DNA from: a virus
Length of the DNA: 64,000 nt
Reading direction: 5' to 3' (one strand)
IMG/VR virus record: IMGVR_UViG_3300021471_000007
Span: 11,249-75,248 of that record
Shown: positions 26,959-36,190 of the stretch, piece by piece
Numbering within the stretch: the first letter of the stretch is position 1
Layout: every line of letters begins with the position of its first letter
Position numbers and translations under genes: made by a program
Notes under the pieces: generated by a model
Databases searched by the model: none
Told to the model about the DNA's origin: nothing
The model's input: only the letters and a program-made list of their open reading frames with translations

Positions 26959-29145
26959 TCACCTTCTTATCATTTCCTCAATATCCTCAATCCATTCTTT
27001 GCTTAATTTGTCTTTTACGACATCAATATCAAGTTCACTTGCTGCGTTAATAGTAATATCAACATTAGGATTAAAATTTATTATTTGTTGTGAACCGAGT
27101 GAAGTTTTCTTTAATGGAATCACAGCTTCTGGACCTGCTTCTCCAATTCGCGTAACAAGTGGCTTTGTTACAATTCCACCCATTTGCATTTCAGGTATTA
27201 TACCAGAAAATCCTTGTCCATTTATTGTATACTCACCATATGTTTTGCCACCCTCTGTGCCCATAACTTTTGTGACTTTAACACCAGAATATCTAGCATG
27301 TCCGGTAGAATGTTTTTCTATGATTTCGTGTATAGTAGATTTATATGGTGGAATTGCATCTATTTTGTCTATTAATTCCGATGCTTTTATCGAACTTTTA
27401 TCAAAATTGGTTGCAGTCATATCTAATCCAACATTTGTCTCTTTGAGTGATGTGTTTGTAAATGAATCCATTGTTTTTGTTAAATTAGATGTCATGTTTT
27501 TTGATTTATCTATTGCCCCAGTAAAATTGTCAGTGACTCCAGTAAGTTCGTCTGTTGCGTTTGTAGTATCGTTAAGACTTGGCATAAAGTTTCCGGTTAA
27601 GTTGCCAGTTAAATCCGATATGGTTCCACCAACAGATTTGAGAGCAGGATCTAAAAACCCAGTACCTTTTATTAAGCCCTTGTCAATCTTATCCCCGGTT
27701 TCTATTGTATCATTGCCCAATTGTTTCAAAGTTGGTGCAACGTTGTCCATGGTCTTCCTCCAAGCTGCCACCGATTTTCCAGTAGACACAAGCTGATCAT
27801 GTAAACTCTCCGATAATGCTGTTTTGCTTTTGTTTAATTCTCTTTCTAATTCCTTTGTACTTGATTTATATTTAGATAAATCTAGTTTTGGAAATGGTGG
27901 TAGTTTTTTGCCAAGGAATCCTGCAACAGTTCTTACTGAATTCCAAAGAGCCCTTAATGGTCCGGTAAGTATATTGTTAACAAAAAATTCTATACCAGAC
28001 AAAATAGCATTACCTGCTTTTGTAGATGCTATAACCATTGATAACCATGAAACTTTCCATATAAGACCAGCTTTCGTTATAGCAAATGCTATCATATCTT
28101 TTAGTGCTATGATACCAGCACCAATTACAGTTAAAACCGGTTTTATGTATTTATCAAATACATCTGCAAACCACAATACAAAATGTCCAGTGTGTTGTCT
28201 TATATGCCCCCAATTGTTTTTCCATGCAGCATTTAATATTGCTATAGCAGCTATAATTGCAACAATAGCTAATATTATTGGCATCATACTAACAGAACCT
28301 GCAGCACCAGCAGATGACATAGATGCTTTGAAACCGTTTAAAGTTTTTCCAATTTTAGAAAATCCTTTTTTGAATGCTCCAACTAATCCACCCATTTTTT
28401 TCAACTTTGCAAATGCTGCAAATGTGATAGATAATCCATCTATAGCTAGGCCAAGCTGTCCTACTGCAAACAATGCCATACCCATAACAAGTCCTAGAAG
28501 TACGAATATACCTATGGCCATCTTTGTACCATGGCTTAATTTATTAACTATTCCCAATAACCAAAGCATCGCTCTTAATATTAAGAGTGCAACTGGAAGA
28601 AACATAATTGTTAAAATTGTACTCCATATCTTAAATACACCGGTGACTTTCATTGCCGGTTGCAATAGCCCACCAAATGTTTTCTGCATTTGCATACCAA
28701 GAAACATCACAGACAAAAGCTCCATCCTAAATGGTTTCATTCCACGTGCCATTTTTCTCTGCGCTTGTGCATTAGACAATGTTCTACCAGTACTAATGTC
28801 TATAAGTTTATTGTTTTTTCCCATTGCTATGCCTACATTACGCATCATTCGTGGTAAATATCCTAACCCTTCTGTAAATCTACCATTTTTATCTGTTCCA
28901 AAATCAATAGACTTAGCAAAATTCTTTAAAGTACCGATTTGTTTGTTTGTCCCTTTATATAATGGTCCTAAGTATTTCTGCATATCCTCGGTCGACATAC
29001 CAAACGTTTTCATCGATTTGCTGATTTTTTCAGTTCTTGTGTTTAGTGTCGATGCTGCTTTCTCTATACCTTTCATATCGTATTCTATCTTTTTGGCATC
29101 GTTTTGTTCTTCTCTTATATTAAAGTTAATATTAACATCTGGCAT
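26959..29145 (-). CDS. tape measure protein
   Basis: Helical, hydrophobic segments; AWKNNWGHIRQ; GGIVTKP..IGEAGPEAVIPL. Confidence 0.9.
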   Translation of the reverse strand: MPDVNINFNIREEQNDAKKIEYDMKGIEKAASTLNTRTEKISKSMKTFGMSTEDMQKYLGPLYKGTNKQIGTLKNFAKSIDFGTDKNGRFTEGLGYLPRMMRNVGIAMGKNNKLIDISTGRTLSNAQAQRKMARGMKPFRMELLSVMFLGMQMQKTFGGLLQPAMKVTGVFKIWSTILTIMFLPVALLILRAMLWLLGIVNKLSHGTKMAIGIFVLLGLVMGMALFAVGQLGLAIDGLSITFAAFAKLKKMGGLVGAFKKGFSKIGKTLNGFKASMSSAGAAGSVSMMPIILAIVAIIAAIAILNAAWKNNWGHIRQHTGHFVLWFADVFDKYIKPVLTVIGAGIIALKDMIAFAITKAGLIWKVSWLSMVIASTKAGNAILSGIEFFVNNILTGPLRALWNSVRTVAGFLGKKLPPFPKLDLSKYKSSTKELERELNKSKTALSESLHDQLVSTGKSVAAWRKTMDNVAPTLKQLGNDTIETGDKIDKGLIKGTGFLDPALKSVGGTISDLTGNLTGNFMPSLNDTTNATDELTGVTDNFTGAIDKSKNMTSNLTKTMDSFTNTSLKETNVGLDMTATNFDKSSIKASELIDKIDAIPPYKSTIHEIIEKHSTGHARYSGVKVTKVMGTEGGKTYGEYTINGQGFSGIIPEMQMGGIVTKPLVTRIGEAGPEAVIPLKKTSLGSQQIINFNPNVDITINAASELDIDVVKDKLSKEWIEDIEEMIRR

Positions 29146-29148
29146 CTA

Positions 29149-29708
29149 TTATCCCCTAAACGTACTTTTGCGCATACTTCTATTTTGTTGTTTATTTACT
29201 TCCTTATAATATTTATCAATTTGTTTTATCTGCTCAATAAATCTAACTGCTGGATAATGCGGATGTATCTTGCATCCAAGCTCTTTCTCTATCAAAAAAC
29301 AGTATTCTGCATATGTTTCATCAATGCTCTTTGGCAAAACACTGTTTACGAGACCGGATTTAATTAATGCTGCACTTAACCCCTTTTTTTCATTTCGTTT
29401 ACTTTCTTAGTATTGTTTATAGTATTCACAGTTTTATCCTGCAATCCAAGAGCATCCGAAAACTTTATCATAAATTCCACCAAATTATGCACTAAAAACG
29501 CTTCTATTGCCTTTGGATCCTCATCTGGATATGATCTCTTTAATATATCTTTGAACACACTAATTATTGTCTCCAGAGACTTTTTCTTATCCTGTTCGTC
29601 TTGAGCAGCTGTTAATGTAACAAGATCTTGAAGTTCTATTATTAAACTTAGATCTTCACCATTAACATTCATTTTACACTCTGATATATACTTTGCAAAT
29701 TTTCCCAT
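29149..29708 (-). CDS. tail assembly chaperone pair (gpG 29376-29708; gpGT by -1 frameshift into 29149-29337)
   Basis: ATG AAA AAA AGG GGT TAA; the -1 frame is open into the downstream ORF; directly precedes TMP. Confidence 0.7.
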
Positions 29709-29720
29709 CTTACATCACCT

Positions 29721-30023
29721 CTATTCAACTTTACCAGCAAATGTGGTAACTTTCTTTTTATTTTTATTGTTTTCGAGTTTCGATATTCTGTCTTCTAACT
29801 CGTCTACTTTGTTCATTAAATAAATTTTTAGTAGTTTTTCGGATTCAATCAAATGATCCATTCCAGCTTCCATTACCTTCCAAACCTGATTATCGAAATG
29901 TAATTTTGCATAACTAATGTATTTGTTTATAAGTTCTCTTTTATCAGTCGGAACGTATACACGGAAGACCAAATGATCCGGTATCTCCTTTCTTTCCTCA
30001 CCTACTACAACTTTCTTTTCCAT
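29721..30023 (-). CDS. hypothetical protein (coiled-coil C-terminus)
   Basis: SD AGGTGA. Confidence 0.6.
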   Translation of the reverse strand: MEKKVVVGEERKEIPDHLVFRVYVPTDKRELINKYISYAKLHFDNQVWKVMEAGMDHLIESEKLLKIYLMNKVDELEDRISKLENNKNKKKVTTFAGKVE

Positions 30024-30035
30024 TCAATCACCTAT

Positions 30036-30563
30036 TTATATGTTATCTTCTGCATAGAAATCTTTTACAAGACAACCAGCACTTATAGTAAGTTCTGCTG
30101 TTCCATCAGCAGCTAAACTTATTTCACCAGTTGTTGTAAAGTATGCATGATTCATTAATATGTTTATCTGTTTTGTACCGTCGGTCAGTTTTATTAATAT
30201 TGCTTTATCTTTTCTGTCACCGGTTGAATCAACAAAGGACCACCTATAATATGATCCGCTTGGATTTGATTCGGTTTGTGTCGACAATCCAAAGTATTCC
30301 AAATCCGAAATGTCCTGGAACACCAATGTGAGATCGCATGTTCTCAATTCGGGTCTCTTTTCTTCTTTATATTGTGTATTGAATACATTTAGAACATCTG
30401 CACCAGCCGCTCCTCCGCCAAAGGTGACCTCTTTTAATTTTGCACTTACACTCGAACCAGACGCATTATTTGCAAAATCTGTAGCTAGGTCTTGTGTTGT
30501 TGATACACCTGTCCATGCATCACCAATGCTAACCGTGGCTTGTGTTGCATACCATAAAGTCAT
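30036..30563 (-). CDS. tail tube protein, paralog 2
   Basis: Position; beta-rich; clear paralog of 30578-31096. Confidence 0.7.
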   Translation of the reverse strand: MTLWYATQATVSIGDAWTGVSTTQDLATDFANNASGSSVSAKLKEVTFGGGAAGADVLNVFNTQYKEEKRPELRTCDLTLVFQDISDLEYFGLSTQTESNPSGSYYRWSFVDSTGDRKDKAILIKLTDGTKQINILMNHAYFTTTGEISLAADGTAELTISAGCLVKDFYAEDNI

Positions 30564-30577
30564 TATTAGTCACCTCC

Positions 30578-31096
30578 TTATATGTCGTCTTCTGCATAGA
30601 AGTCCTTTACTAAACAAACAGCACTCATTGTTAATTCAGCTGTACCGTCTGCGGCAAGTGATATTTCACCCGTGGTAGTAAAGTAAGCATTGTTCATTAA
30701 AACATTAACCGTATTTGTACCGTTTGTTAATGTAAATAATATGCTTTTATTTTCCCTGTTTCCTGTCTTATCAGAACCGTTTACTCTGTAGTAAGATCCT
30801 GTAACATATGTAGCAGTTCCAAAAATCCATTCTAAGGCATCTATATCAGAAGCTACCAATGTAAAATCAACTGTTCTGAGCTCTGGTCTTTTTTCTTCCT
30901 TTAGCTGTGTACTAAAAACATTCAAAACATCAACACCTGCAGCTCCACCACCGAATGTAACTTCCTTCAAGTCTGCACTAAAGTCTGCACCATTAGCATT
31001 TGCATCAAAGTCTGATTTTAAATCTGTGGTTGTTGAAACAGAACTCATTGCATCCCCTATGCTAACAGTTCCCTGAGTTGCGTACCATAAAGTCAT
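30578..31096 (-). CDS. tail tube protein, paralog 1
   Basis: Position between neck genes and chaperone. Confidence 0.7.
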   Translation of the reverse strand: MTLWYATQGTVSIGDAMSSVSTTTDLKSDFDANANGADFSADLKEVTFGGGAAGVDVLNVFSTQLKEEKRPELRTVDFTLVASDIDALEWIFGTATYVTGSYYRVNGSDKTGNRENKSILFTLTNGTNTVNVLMNNAYFTTTGEISLAADGTAELTMSAVCLVKDFYAEDDI

Positions 31097-31100
31097 TTAC

Positions 31101-31307
31101 TTACACCTCTTTTGTATTTTTTTTAAAATCTTTTTTATTTTCAAATATGATTGGTTTATCTATCTTCTTCTCTTCCTCTACTATTTCAAACTTGCTATGT
31201 AAAACAGCACCCTTCTTTATTTCTACTTCTTGCGTCTCGTGTGGTTGTATAACAACACCGTTTATCGTTCTTGTTCTATGATCATTGTTTTTTATTTTTA
31301 CTTTCAT
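31101..31307 (-). CDS. small virion-operon protein
   Basis: SD GAGGTGA. Confidence 0.6.
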   Translation of the reverse strand: MKVKIKNNDHRTRTINGVVIQPHETQEVEIKKGAVLHSKFEIVEEEKKIDKPIIFENKKDFKKNTKEV

Positions 31308-31311
31308 TGAA

Positions 31312-31761
31312 TCACCTCAATTTCAATCTTGATAAGAGCCTCCTTATTGCTTTTTTATGAATACGTTGTAATCGTAAATACATCGGACTCACACCCAATA
31401 CTTGGTCTACTGCGGGTTTTATATATGGTGTGTGTTTTGAAACATAAACAAAACCTCTTGCTCCATTTTCAATATAACTTCTCGGAACAACATGCGGCCT
31501 GAATCCTACCTCCTGATACAGTGCATATGGTGCATTTGGACCACCGGCTTTAATAATAGCACCAGTATCTGTTTTCTTTGCTGATATTGTATCCGCCAAC
31601 TTTCCTGTGTGTTTAGGAGCTAAAATTCTTGCACGCTCAGCAACACGTTTTGCTTCTTCATAAGTAGCAGACCGAATTGTACCTAGTCCTCGCTTAGACA
31701 GCATATTTATTCTATTTATGTTTTCCTTTAAACCGTCAAACTGAACCTCAATATAAACCAT
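31312..31761 (-). CDS. HK97 gp10-like tail completion protein
   Basis: APKHTGKLADTI, PYALYQEVG, PYIKPA. Confidence 0.85.
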   Translation of the reverse strand: MVYIEVQFDGLKENINRINMLSKRGLGTIRSATYEEAKRVAERARILAPKHTGKLADTISAKKTDTGAIIKAGGPNAPYALYQEVGFRPHVVPRSYIENGARGFVYVSKHTPYIKPAVDQVLGVSPMYLRLQRIHKKAIRRLLSRLKLR

Positions 31762-32228
31762 TATACGCCACCATATGATAGTTCAATATCTATAGATTTT
31801 ATCATAATTATTTTAGAACCTGCTCCGGTGGTTGTATCTGCATCATCTGCGGAAGCATGCATAAAAAACAAAGAATTGTCTGCCATTGTAGTAGAATCTG
31901 AATCAGCTGATGTTGCATCTCCCAGAACACTTATTATTTTGTCTGATATTATTTCCTTGTCATGATTTTTGTCTGACCAGACTTCAATATGAACAACAAC
32001 ATCTGCACCGACATAATTATTGCCGAACACGTTCTTGTGTACATCTACATTCGAACTTATTATAACAAGCGGATAATCAACTACTCTACGTTTTGGCATG
32101 CCTTTGAGTATCCAATCGCTTGCAGAACGAGCAGGGTTTTGTGTATCTGTTAAATTATTCCTAAGAACATCTCTAACAAATTCACCTACCGAATCCTCAA
32201 TAGTATCCAATGTAACTGTGACCGACAT
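31761..32228 (-). CDS. tail terminator protein
   Basis: YPLVII...HIEVWS; position. Confidence 0.6.
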   Translation of the reverse strand: MSVTVTLDTIEDSVGEFVRDVLRNNLTDTQNPARSASDWILKGMPKRRVVDYPLVIISSNVDVHKNVFGNNYVGADVVVHIEVWSDKNHDKEIISDKIISVLGDATSADSDSTTMADNSLFFMHASADDADTTTGAGSKIIMIKSIDIELSYGGV

Positions 32229-32235
32229 CACCAAT

Positions 32236-32269
32236 TAACTCCGTTGAGTTATAAAAGTCCGTTGACTTT
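32236..32269 (-). promoter_or_regulatory. tandem 6-bp hairpins with identical cAACGg loops in a 5' leader
   Basis: TAACTC-CGTT-GAGTTA and AAAGTC-CGTT-GACTTT on + strand. Confidence 0.55.
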
Positions 32270-32300
32270 AATATTATTGTCATTAAAAGGATATATATTA

Positions 32301-32672
32301 TTATTGTATCCTTTCGCACCAACATTCATTCATTATAATTGTTCCATCAGATGCATAATCTGGTAAGATTTTTTTAACTCTATACCAATCAGAATCTGTA
32401 TTGATTTGAATTTCATCGTCAATATTAATTGTAGTTTCTGGTTTAAAATAAACAACAATGTCTCCAACTTTTAGTTCTCCACCAGTATCTTGTATATTTT
32501 CTTCATCCATAAACTCTAATACACCGTATGCTGTTGTAGATGATATTGTTGGATTATAATCATCGTGCGAATCCCATGCCTTTGTTATGTTTCGAATATT
32601 AAACTTGGTTTTAAACAAATCATATAACTTATCAAATGCATTTTTCATTGTTTCGTTTATGTTCTTTGACAT
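32301..32672 (-). CDS. head closure protein (SPP1 gp16-like)
   Basis: GGELKVGDIVVYF...DDEI...WYRVKKI; position. Confidence 0.65.
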   Translation of the reverse strand: MSKNINETMKNAFDKLYDLFKTKFNIRNITKAWDSHDDYNPTISSTTAYGVLEFMDEENIQDTGGELKVGDIVVYFKPETTINIDDEIQINTDSDWYRVKKILPDYASDGTIIMNECWCERIQ

Positions 32673-32983
32673 TATGCCACCTTCACTACTCTAGCAAGAT
32701 GATCTATAGCATTGCCGTTTGTAAGTATATTTGTAAGCAAAAATAATCCCAATGTAAACAATATACCTATTAGCCACTTATGATACCTTATCGCAATCGA
32801 ATTCCTTGAAACGCGTTCATTTATTTTATAAGTATATAATATTTGTTTATCCAATTTTTCTCCAAGTTTTTCGATATTGTGATTTGCAGCAATTATAAGA
32901 TCTTTATTTGTAAAGTTATTATTACCGTTTGTTTGTTTGAACTCGTCTACAATTCTTTTTATATCTTTCGCATCCAAAGACAT
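32672..32983 (-). CDS. coiled-coil + C-terminal TM protein
   Basis: KWLIGILFTLGLFLL helix. Confidence 0.6.
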   Translation of the reverse strand: MSLDAKDIKRIVDEFKQTNGNNNFTNKDLIIAANHNIEKLGEKLDKQILYTYKINERVSRNSIAIRYHKWLIGILFTLGLFLLTNILTNGNAIDHLARVVKVA

Positions 32984-32985
32984 AA

Positions 32986-33636
32986 TTACCTCCTCATATT
33001 ACTTCTGCCACCAATACGTGGCATTTTATCGGAAATAAGTTGTAAATACCGTTTATATTCGTTATAATGTATACTAAATGGTTTTGGTTGCATTGTTACT
33101 TCTAATGTTCTTAAACTTATTTTCTTAAAGTCGTCCGAATCCAATTTAGTATATGCCATCGACGCTGCCAAATGTGCACATGCCCATTTTACAAGATTAT
33201 CTGGAGTAGACACATCAACAGGAACATATGCATAACTTGCCAATAATGATGTAGATCCAGTTTCTGGTGCAACCTCTAAAACAACCTTTCCGGTATTATA
33301 ATCTATTGTTGTTATATTATGTGCATAGATTGTTTCATCACTTTTCCATTCTTCTATCTTTACATCATCAGTAGTAATATCACCAGAGTTTGTACTATCG
33401 CCAACATACCATCCTTCTTGTGGTTTTCTTAAATAGAATGTTTTATTTGAACCATCAATCGTGTTTTGATGGTGTTCATCTATATATGTCATGTTTTCCC
33501 TATAAATATATGAGTTTATTGCTCTATTCAATATGGTCTGTGCTGCATTTATTATTTGTAACAATACAGAATCTGTCATATCGTCTGTTGATATGTTTGC
33601 CAAGTCTCTTACATCTTTTGGTGTACAGTACGTCAT
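32986..33636 (-). CDS. head-tail adaptor protein
   Basis: MTYCTPKDVR..., VKWACAHLAA; position. Confidence 0.75.
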   Translation of the reverse strand: MTYCTPKDVRDLANISTDDMTDSVLLQIINAAQTILNRAINSYIYRENMTYIDEHHQNTIDGSNKTFYLRKPQEGWYVGDSTNSGDITTDDVKIEEWKSDETIYAHNITTIDYNTGKVVLEVAPETGSTSLLASYAYVPVDVSTPDNLVKWACAHLAASMAYTKLDSDDFKKISLRTLEVTMQPKPFSIHYNEYKRYLQLISDKMPRIGGRSNMRR

Positions 33637-34076
33637 ATAAATTCTATCCCCCTTTCTTTAACATCTTCCATTGTACCAAATATATATATTTTTCCATTAA
33701 GACCAAGTTTATATTTATCATTACCTGTCAATCTTGGTTTATATTTACTTATATCTACCTTCTTTACTGGTAGAAATCTTGTTATCAAAGACAACATTCT
33801 ATGCGCTCCGATCATTTTAGCTTTGACTAATGGATGCAAGCGATCTTTATTGTTTTCCCTAATAAATGGCTCAAATGATACCAAATCCTCTATAACTTGA
33901 TCCATTACTTCTTCTGAATTACAATATTCGAAAAAACGGATTTCTCTTAATGTACCAGCACCATAATGTTCTTTTCCATCTTTGTCAACATATCTGTATT
34001 TCTTATTCGCAAGCCAATCTACAAAACGCTGCATACTTCCACGTGCATCATCCTGCTTCATAAATAATAAATGCAC
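33633..34076 (-). CDS. hypothetical protein
   Basis: SD AGGTGA + GTG. Confidence 0.6.
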   Translation of the reverse strand: MHLLFMKQDDARGSMQRFVDWLANKKYRYVDKDGKEHYGAGTLREIRFFEYCNSEEVMDQVIEDLVSFEPFIRENNKDRLHPLVKAKMIGAHRMLSLITRFLPVKKVDISKYKPRLTGNDKYKLGLNGKIYIFGTMEDVKERGIEFI

Positions 34077-34084
34077 AATATCAC

Positions 34085-34255
34085 CTAGTACGCAATGCGT
34101 TTTCTGTAGATAGCAACATAGTTTGTACCATCATGAAATACATTTATAACATCAGACGGATTGCTTGTATTGGCCGCTATTACTGCTAAAATATCAGCAA
34201 GCGTGGCACTGGTAGCTGTTTCATACATCCCGTTTTGACTAGTTGTAGCAGCCAT
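34085..34255 (-). CDS. small hypothetical virion protein (56 aa)
   Basis: SD GAGGT; MAATTSQNG...HDGTNYVAIY. Confidence 0.55.
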   Translation of the reverse strand: MAATTSQNGMYETATSATLADILAVIAANTSNPSDVINVFHDGTNYVAIYRKRIAY

Positions 34256-34515
34256 TATCTAGACCTCTTTTTTCTTTTATAAGATCTTATTCTTTTTTTC
34301 TTAACCCCTTCTGTTGGATCAACATCTCTTATATGAGATCTAACAGTCTCTAATTCTGTACTTTCTATTTTTATTCCCTTTGGTAGTTTTGTAGATTTGA
34401 ATCCAGTTGCCTTAAATGGTAACTTTATTTCAACACCTGCTTCTTTGAACTTTTTAAAAAGTTCTGTGTTATCTCCATTCTTACGAATATGTATTGGTCC
34501 TTTAATCGTTGGCAT
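34255..34515 (-). CDS. basic hypothetical protein
   Basis: SD GGTGA; VRSHIR..IRSYKRKK basic tail. Confidence 0.55.
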   Translation of the reverse strand: MPTIKGPIHIRKNGDNTELFKKFKEAGVEIKLPFKATGFKSTKLPKGIKIESTELETVRSHIRDVDPTEGVKKKRIRSYKRKKRSR

Positions 34516-34520
34516 TTTTA

Positions 34521-35090
34521 TCACCACGTAAACCAATTTGTTCCATCAGAATAGAGTCTTGTTGTAGCATAATTTGTTGATACTGTCTTAGACGCAGCAC
34601 CATCTATGGTTTCTGAACCTTCTGTTGCTATTGTTATATTGTTTGATCCCGCATCGCCACCTTCGTCTTTTATTATATATACAGCACCTGCGGATACTAA
34701 TGCACTAGCTAAAGTTATTGTAACTGCACCACCAGTTGTATCTACTCCGATTATATAATCGTTTACAGTAGCAGTATAGTTTTCACTCTTAGATACATGT
34801 TTCACTGTCATTCCTGCATCAAATACAACTGAACCTGAAATAGTTATGTCGTCAGCACCGGATCCATCTGCAGCTAATTTAAATTTTCCATCTGCAGGAG
34901 AGTTCATATATATACCGGTGTCTCTAAATTGTAATTTGTTTGTTGATGAAACTGTAGCAACTGCATTAAATGTTGAAGCACCTGTTACTGTTAATTTGTC
35001 TGTAGATGCATCACCGAATGTCATGCTTCCAGTAATATCAAGCTCTTCGCAAGTAAGTTTACCTGAATGCCATCCAAATTTTTTGCTCAT
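34521..35090 (-). CDS. capsid decoration / head fibre protein
   Basis: Directly after MCP; VDTTGGAVTITL...IKDEGG...ETIDG...LYSDGTNW fibre-tip domain. Confidence 0.65.
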   Translation of the reverse strand: MSKKFGWHSGKLTCEELDITGSMTFGDASTDKLTVTGASTFNAVATVSSTNKLQFRDTGIYMNSPADGKFKLAADGSGADDITISGSVVFDAGMTVKHVSKSENYTATVNDYIIGVDTTGGAVTITLASALVSAGAVYIIKDEGGDAGSNNITIATEGSETIDGAASKTVSTNYATTRLYSDGTNWFTW

Positions 35091-35227
35091 TAATTACACC
35101 TCTTTATATTGTTAACCACCATGATCATCGATATTAATCTCCATGGATTGTGCCACTCATTTGTCCTACCCTAAACATTATGGCACCCACGCTCCCTAAT
35201 AAATAATGGGAGGGGATAATTCTAAAT

Positions 35228-36190
35228 TTAATCTGCAGCTTTTAGTATAGCCAAAGCACCGACTTGCAATAAAGCTATAGCGAATTTCATGCTGAGATAA
35301 ATTCTCTTTTCGTTATAATCTATTCTATCTTCAACTGAAATGTCACCGTGTTTTGCCCATGCTATTGCTACTGGTCTTTTTGCTTTCATTAAATAAGCTG
35401 AATGACCATCAACTGCCCATACTTTGCCGTCTGTAGTATCGGTTGTACCTGATGTATAACCTTTGCATTGTGAAGTTGATATAACTTTAACACCAAGGTA
35501 TTTTCCTATTTCACCATTTAATACAACTTCGTTACTACCATATTCAGCAGCATTTACAAATTGACTGTCTTTCATTAAAGCTTCTTCCTGTTCAGGAGCT
35601 ATGAACAACACATATGGTTCGTCTTTTGTGTTGTAATAATTGTTGCTTCTTAAACCCCTTATTGCTTTTACTATCATATCAGTGTTGAATGTATCTGTTG
35701 CGCTCAATCCGCTAACATCACTAACTGAGCCAGGGTATATAACACCACCTGTTGCCAAACTGCCCTTAGTAGCACCTTCCAAAGCATCTCTTATAAGAGT
35801 ATCTACTCTTGTAGCTGCCCATTCTGCTAACTGCATTCTAGCAAATTTTAAAACATCAACTGCGTTCTCTTCGATTGCTTCGTATGAAATTCTAACAGCA
35901 TTCCTTCTGTATGTAGGAGTCAAAGTTGCACTTGATATTGAACCAGTCAAATCAGTGAAAGTTGCAACTGTGTTTTCTGCTGTAACTTCCTCACCAGAAA
36001 AGTCAACTGCACTAGAAATTGGAAGTTTGTAAGAATAAACTCCTTGTGGCATCTTAACCGGGAATGCAATTTGCTCGAACTTTCTAAGTGCTCTAGCTTC
36101 TTTTATAAGCTCTGCGCTCCACTGAGTTACTTTAGTATTAATGTCTGTAGATGAGGTTGGTCCTTCAGCAAGCATCTCTATTTTTCTCAT
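35228..36190 (-). CDS. major capsid protein (HK97 fold)
   Basis: WSAELIKEA, LFIAPEQEEAL, NGEIGKYLGVKVI; position after scaffold. Confidence 0.9.
   Translation of the reverse strand: MRKIEMLAEGPTSSTDINTKVTQWSAELIKEARALRKFEQIAFPVKMPQGVYSYKLPISSAVDFSGEEVTAENTVATFTDLTGSISSATLTPTYRRNAVRISYEAIEENAVDVLKFARMQLAEWAATRVDTLIRDALEGATKGSLATGGVIYPGSVSDVSGLSATDTFNTDMIVKAIRGLRSNNYYNTKDEPYVLFIAPEQEEALMKDSQFVNAAEYGSNEVVLNGEIGKYLGVKVISTSQCKGYTSGTTDTTDGKVWAVDGHSAYLMKAKRPVAIAWAKHGDISVEDRIDYNEKRIYLSMKFAIALLQVGALAILKAAD

Noticed and set aside
26999-29209. Long + strand ORFs (265 and 461 aa) opposite the TMP, and similar antisense ORFs elsewhere
   Set aside because: Shadow frames of real genes; no SD, no motifs, wrong strand for the operon
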